The notes below the pieces were generated by a model. It worked only from the letters and a program-made list of their open reading frames with translations. It searched no databases and was not told the origin of the DNA. The translations under genes were made by a program, and so were the position numbers. DNA of 64,000 nt, from positions 2,181,680 to 2,245,679 of the forward strand of contig OZ037767.1 in assembly GCA_964035545.1 (NCBI GenBank), in the 5' to 3' direction. Position 1 is the stretch's first letter, and each line of letters begins with the position of its first letter. Of this stretch, positions 62,801 through 64,000 are shown one piece after another. This stretch comes from Bugula neritina (Eukaryota > Animalia > Bryozoa).

Positions 62801-63713
62801 ACAAGAAAAGCTTGCCTCTTATTCTCATCAATCATCTGTTAGTTTACAACTTCCTTAACCAAGCTGGTTACGGCTTGAACAAACCCAACGATGAATCCAA
62901 GGAGTTTTACACTTCCTATTTGCGAGAACTGGGAAGTTATGAGAAGCTAACTCCATATCGATTTGGAATTCTTCGTTCTCACACTAAAGTAGGTTCTAGG
63001 GGTATTTTACTTAGTGTTATAAAAAAACTCATTAGGAAGACTTTATATTCATTCTGAAAACTAGTTCTTTATTAGTGTAGCAATTCAAGTTCTTTGCTTT
63101 TAATTTTATAGAAATATGCATTATACTATAATATATGCAGCTTAACTGTACAAATCTTTAGAGATCTATGAAAATTAGTCAAGTTTCTTATATCTAATAG
63201 TCTGTGGACAAAAATTTTCTATTTAATCTACACATTGTTTATCTCGGTTACAAAGGAATGATTAAAATAGCCCTGGAGATCATGATGGCATTCGTCAGAT
63301 TTGAATGGGTGTCTTCTGAGAGCATTAATGAAGCTATGGCTACACATTTCATCTTCCTATATTTCATATCGTTGAATGTCCTTTCCTTGCACATGTTGCA
63401 AACGTAAATTGGTGTCACAGTTAAATTTTAAAGGATAAGAGTGGCAGCGGAATAGTTGTTTTTAAGTAATTTGTAGCGGGGTTGTATTTTATAATGGTTA
63501 ATATATATTTTTACGCTTTCAATGTTTGATTGCTAGTAATCTTTATTTAGACTGACTATAAGACACTGTCAGTGTGCTTGTAGGAAACACTTCGTCAAAG
63601 CCATTCAATCGGATTTGCATCGCTGCCGTCAATTATCTACCTTGACAAGGGCTCTTCAATAAATTTTACCGTCAGCATTGCTGTGCAGAGCACTAACAGT
63701 GAGGAACATACAG
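56863..63713 (+). CDS. CATSPERG: CatSper channel auxiliary subunit gamma-like, 5' part; the gene continues beyond the window
   Basis: Exons 56863-56985 (signal-peptide-like, ETCKW), 57089-57208, 57336-57489, 57910-58093 (KPCKTVCEPVWVAPLP), 58255-58352, about 58819-58931, 59188-59307, 59542-59701 (ILEECVDKL), 59906-60079, 60299-60388, 60505-60788, 61499-61660 (RRIYPSYGW), 61885-61994, 62187-62286, about 62532-62653, 62755-62988 (SYEKL), 63584-63713 (SLPSIIYLDKG). These occur in the same order as motifs I recall from human CATSPERG (ECTW, EPC..VC..WYTPMP, VLASECIKKL, LFPSKGW, SYEKI, LPERIFLDKG). One junction is unresolved. Confidence 0.75.
58634..58762. repeat. Degenerate CA-rich repeat (cacacaggcatgcgcataca units)
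   Basis: Direct inspection; intronic. Confidence 0.85.
60913..61511 (+). repeat. 43-bp minisatellite (14 units) spanning a CatSper gamma-like exon acceptor
   Basis: Unit cttgttagacttaccatttctacagactatgctgtgtattaca; the last CAG (61498) is the in-frame acceptor. Confidence 0.95.
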
Positions 63714-63723
63714 GTTGGCTTCC

Positions 63724-63843
63724 TGACTCACTATATGACTCTGACTATGTGACTATGTGACTATGACTATGTGATTATGACTATATGATTATATAATTAT
63801 GTGACTGTGAATATATTCAACTATTGCTATATGACTATGACTA
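63724..63843. repeat. Degenerate (gactatgt/gactat)n repeat after a CatSper gamma-like donor
   Basis: Direct inspection. Confidence 0.75.
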
Positions 63844-64000
63844 AATTAATATAGGACAACAATGCTTTGACTGTGTAAGTTAACGACTACATTTAGCATG
63901 AGTAATAATAACTCATTCTGTGATAATTACTGATATTAAAGAGAATATCAGGTTATTTAGGTGTTGTCTGTTGCTGGTATATGACTAACCTGCATATCAT

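Overview
AT-rich, intron-rich eukaryotic (invertebrate animal) genomic DNA with five protein-coding genes that I rebuilt by hand from splice sites and reading phases. (1) A class I bHLH E-protein (TCF3/4/12, daughterless family; + strand, CDS 8818-27373, about 544 aa) with two probable alternative first exons. (2) SF3B2/SAP145 (+, 28818-44998, about 1090 aa); intron 1 holds an intact, very young Ty3/gypsy LTR retrotransposon (29429-33969, antisense, identical 145-bp LTRs, AATAC TSD). (3) Cyclin K (-, 45452-49510) with a U12-type intron. (4) A divergent, C-terminally short Numb-like PTB gene (+, 51410-54719). (5) A CatSper gamma-like sperm channel subunit (+, from 56863, running off the window). 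Two non-coding patterns stand out. First, intronic minisatellites end exactly on, or span, 3' splice sites in three different genes, creating rows of duplicated acceptors, some of them AG|GT junctions resembling recursive splice sites. Second, mosaics of TNA triplets with 6-bp periodicity sit near gene 5' ends. Protein identifications rest on recalled family motifs, not on database searches.
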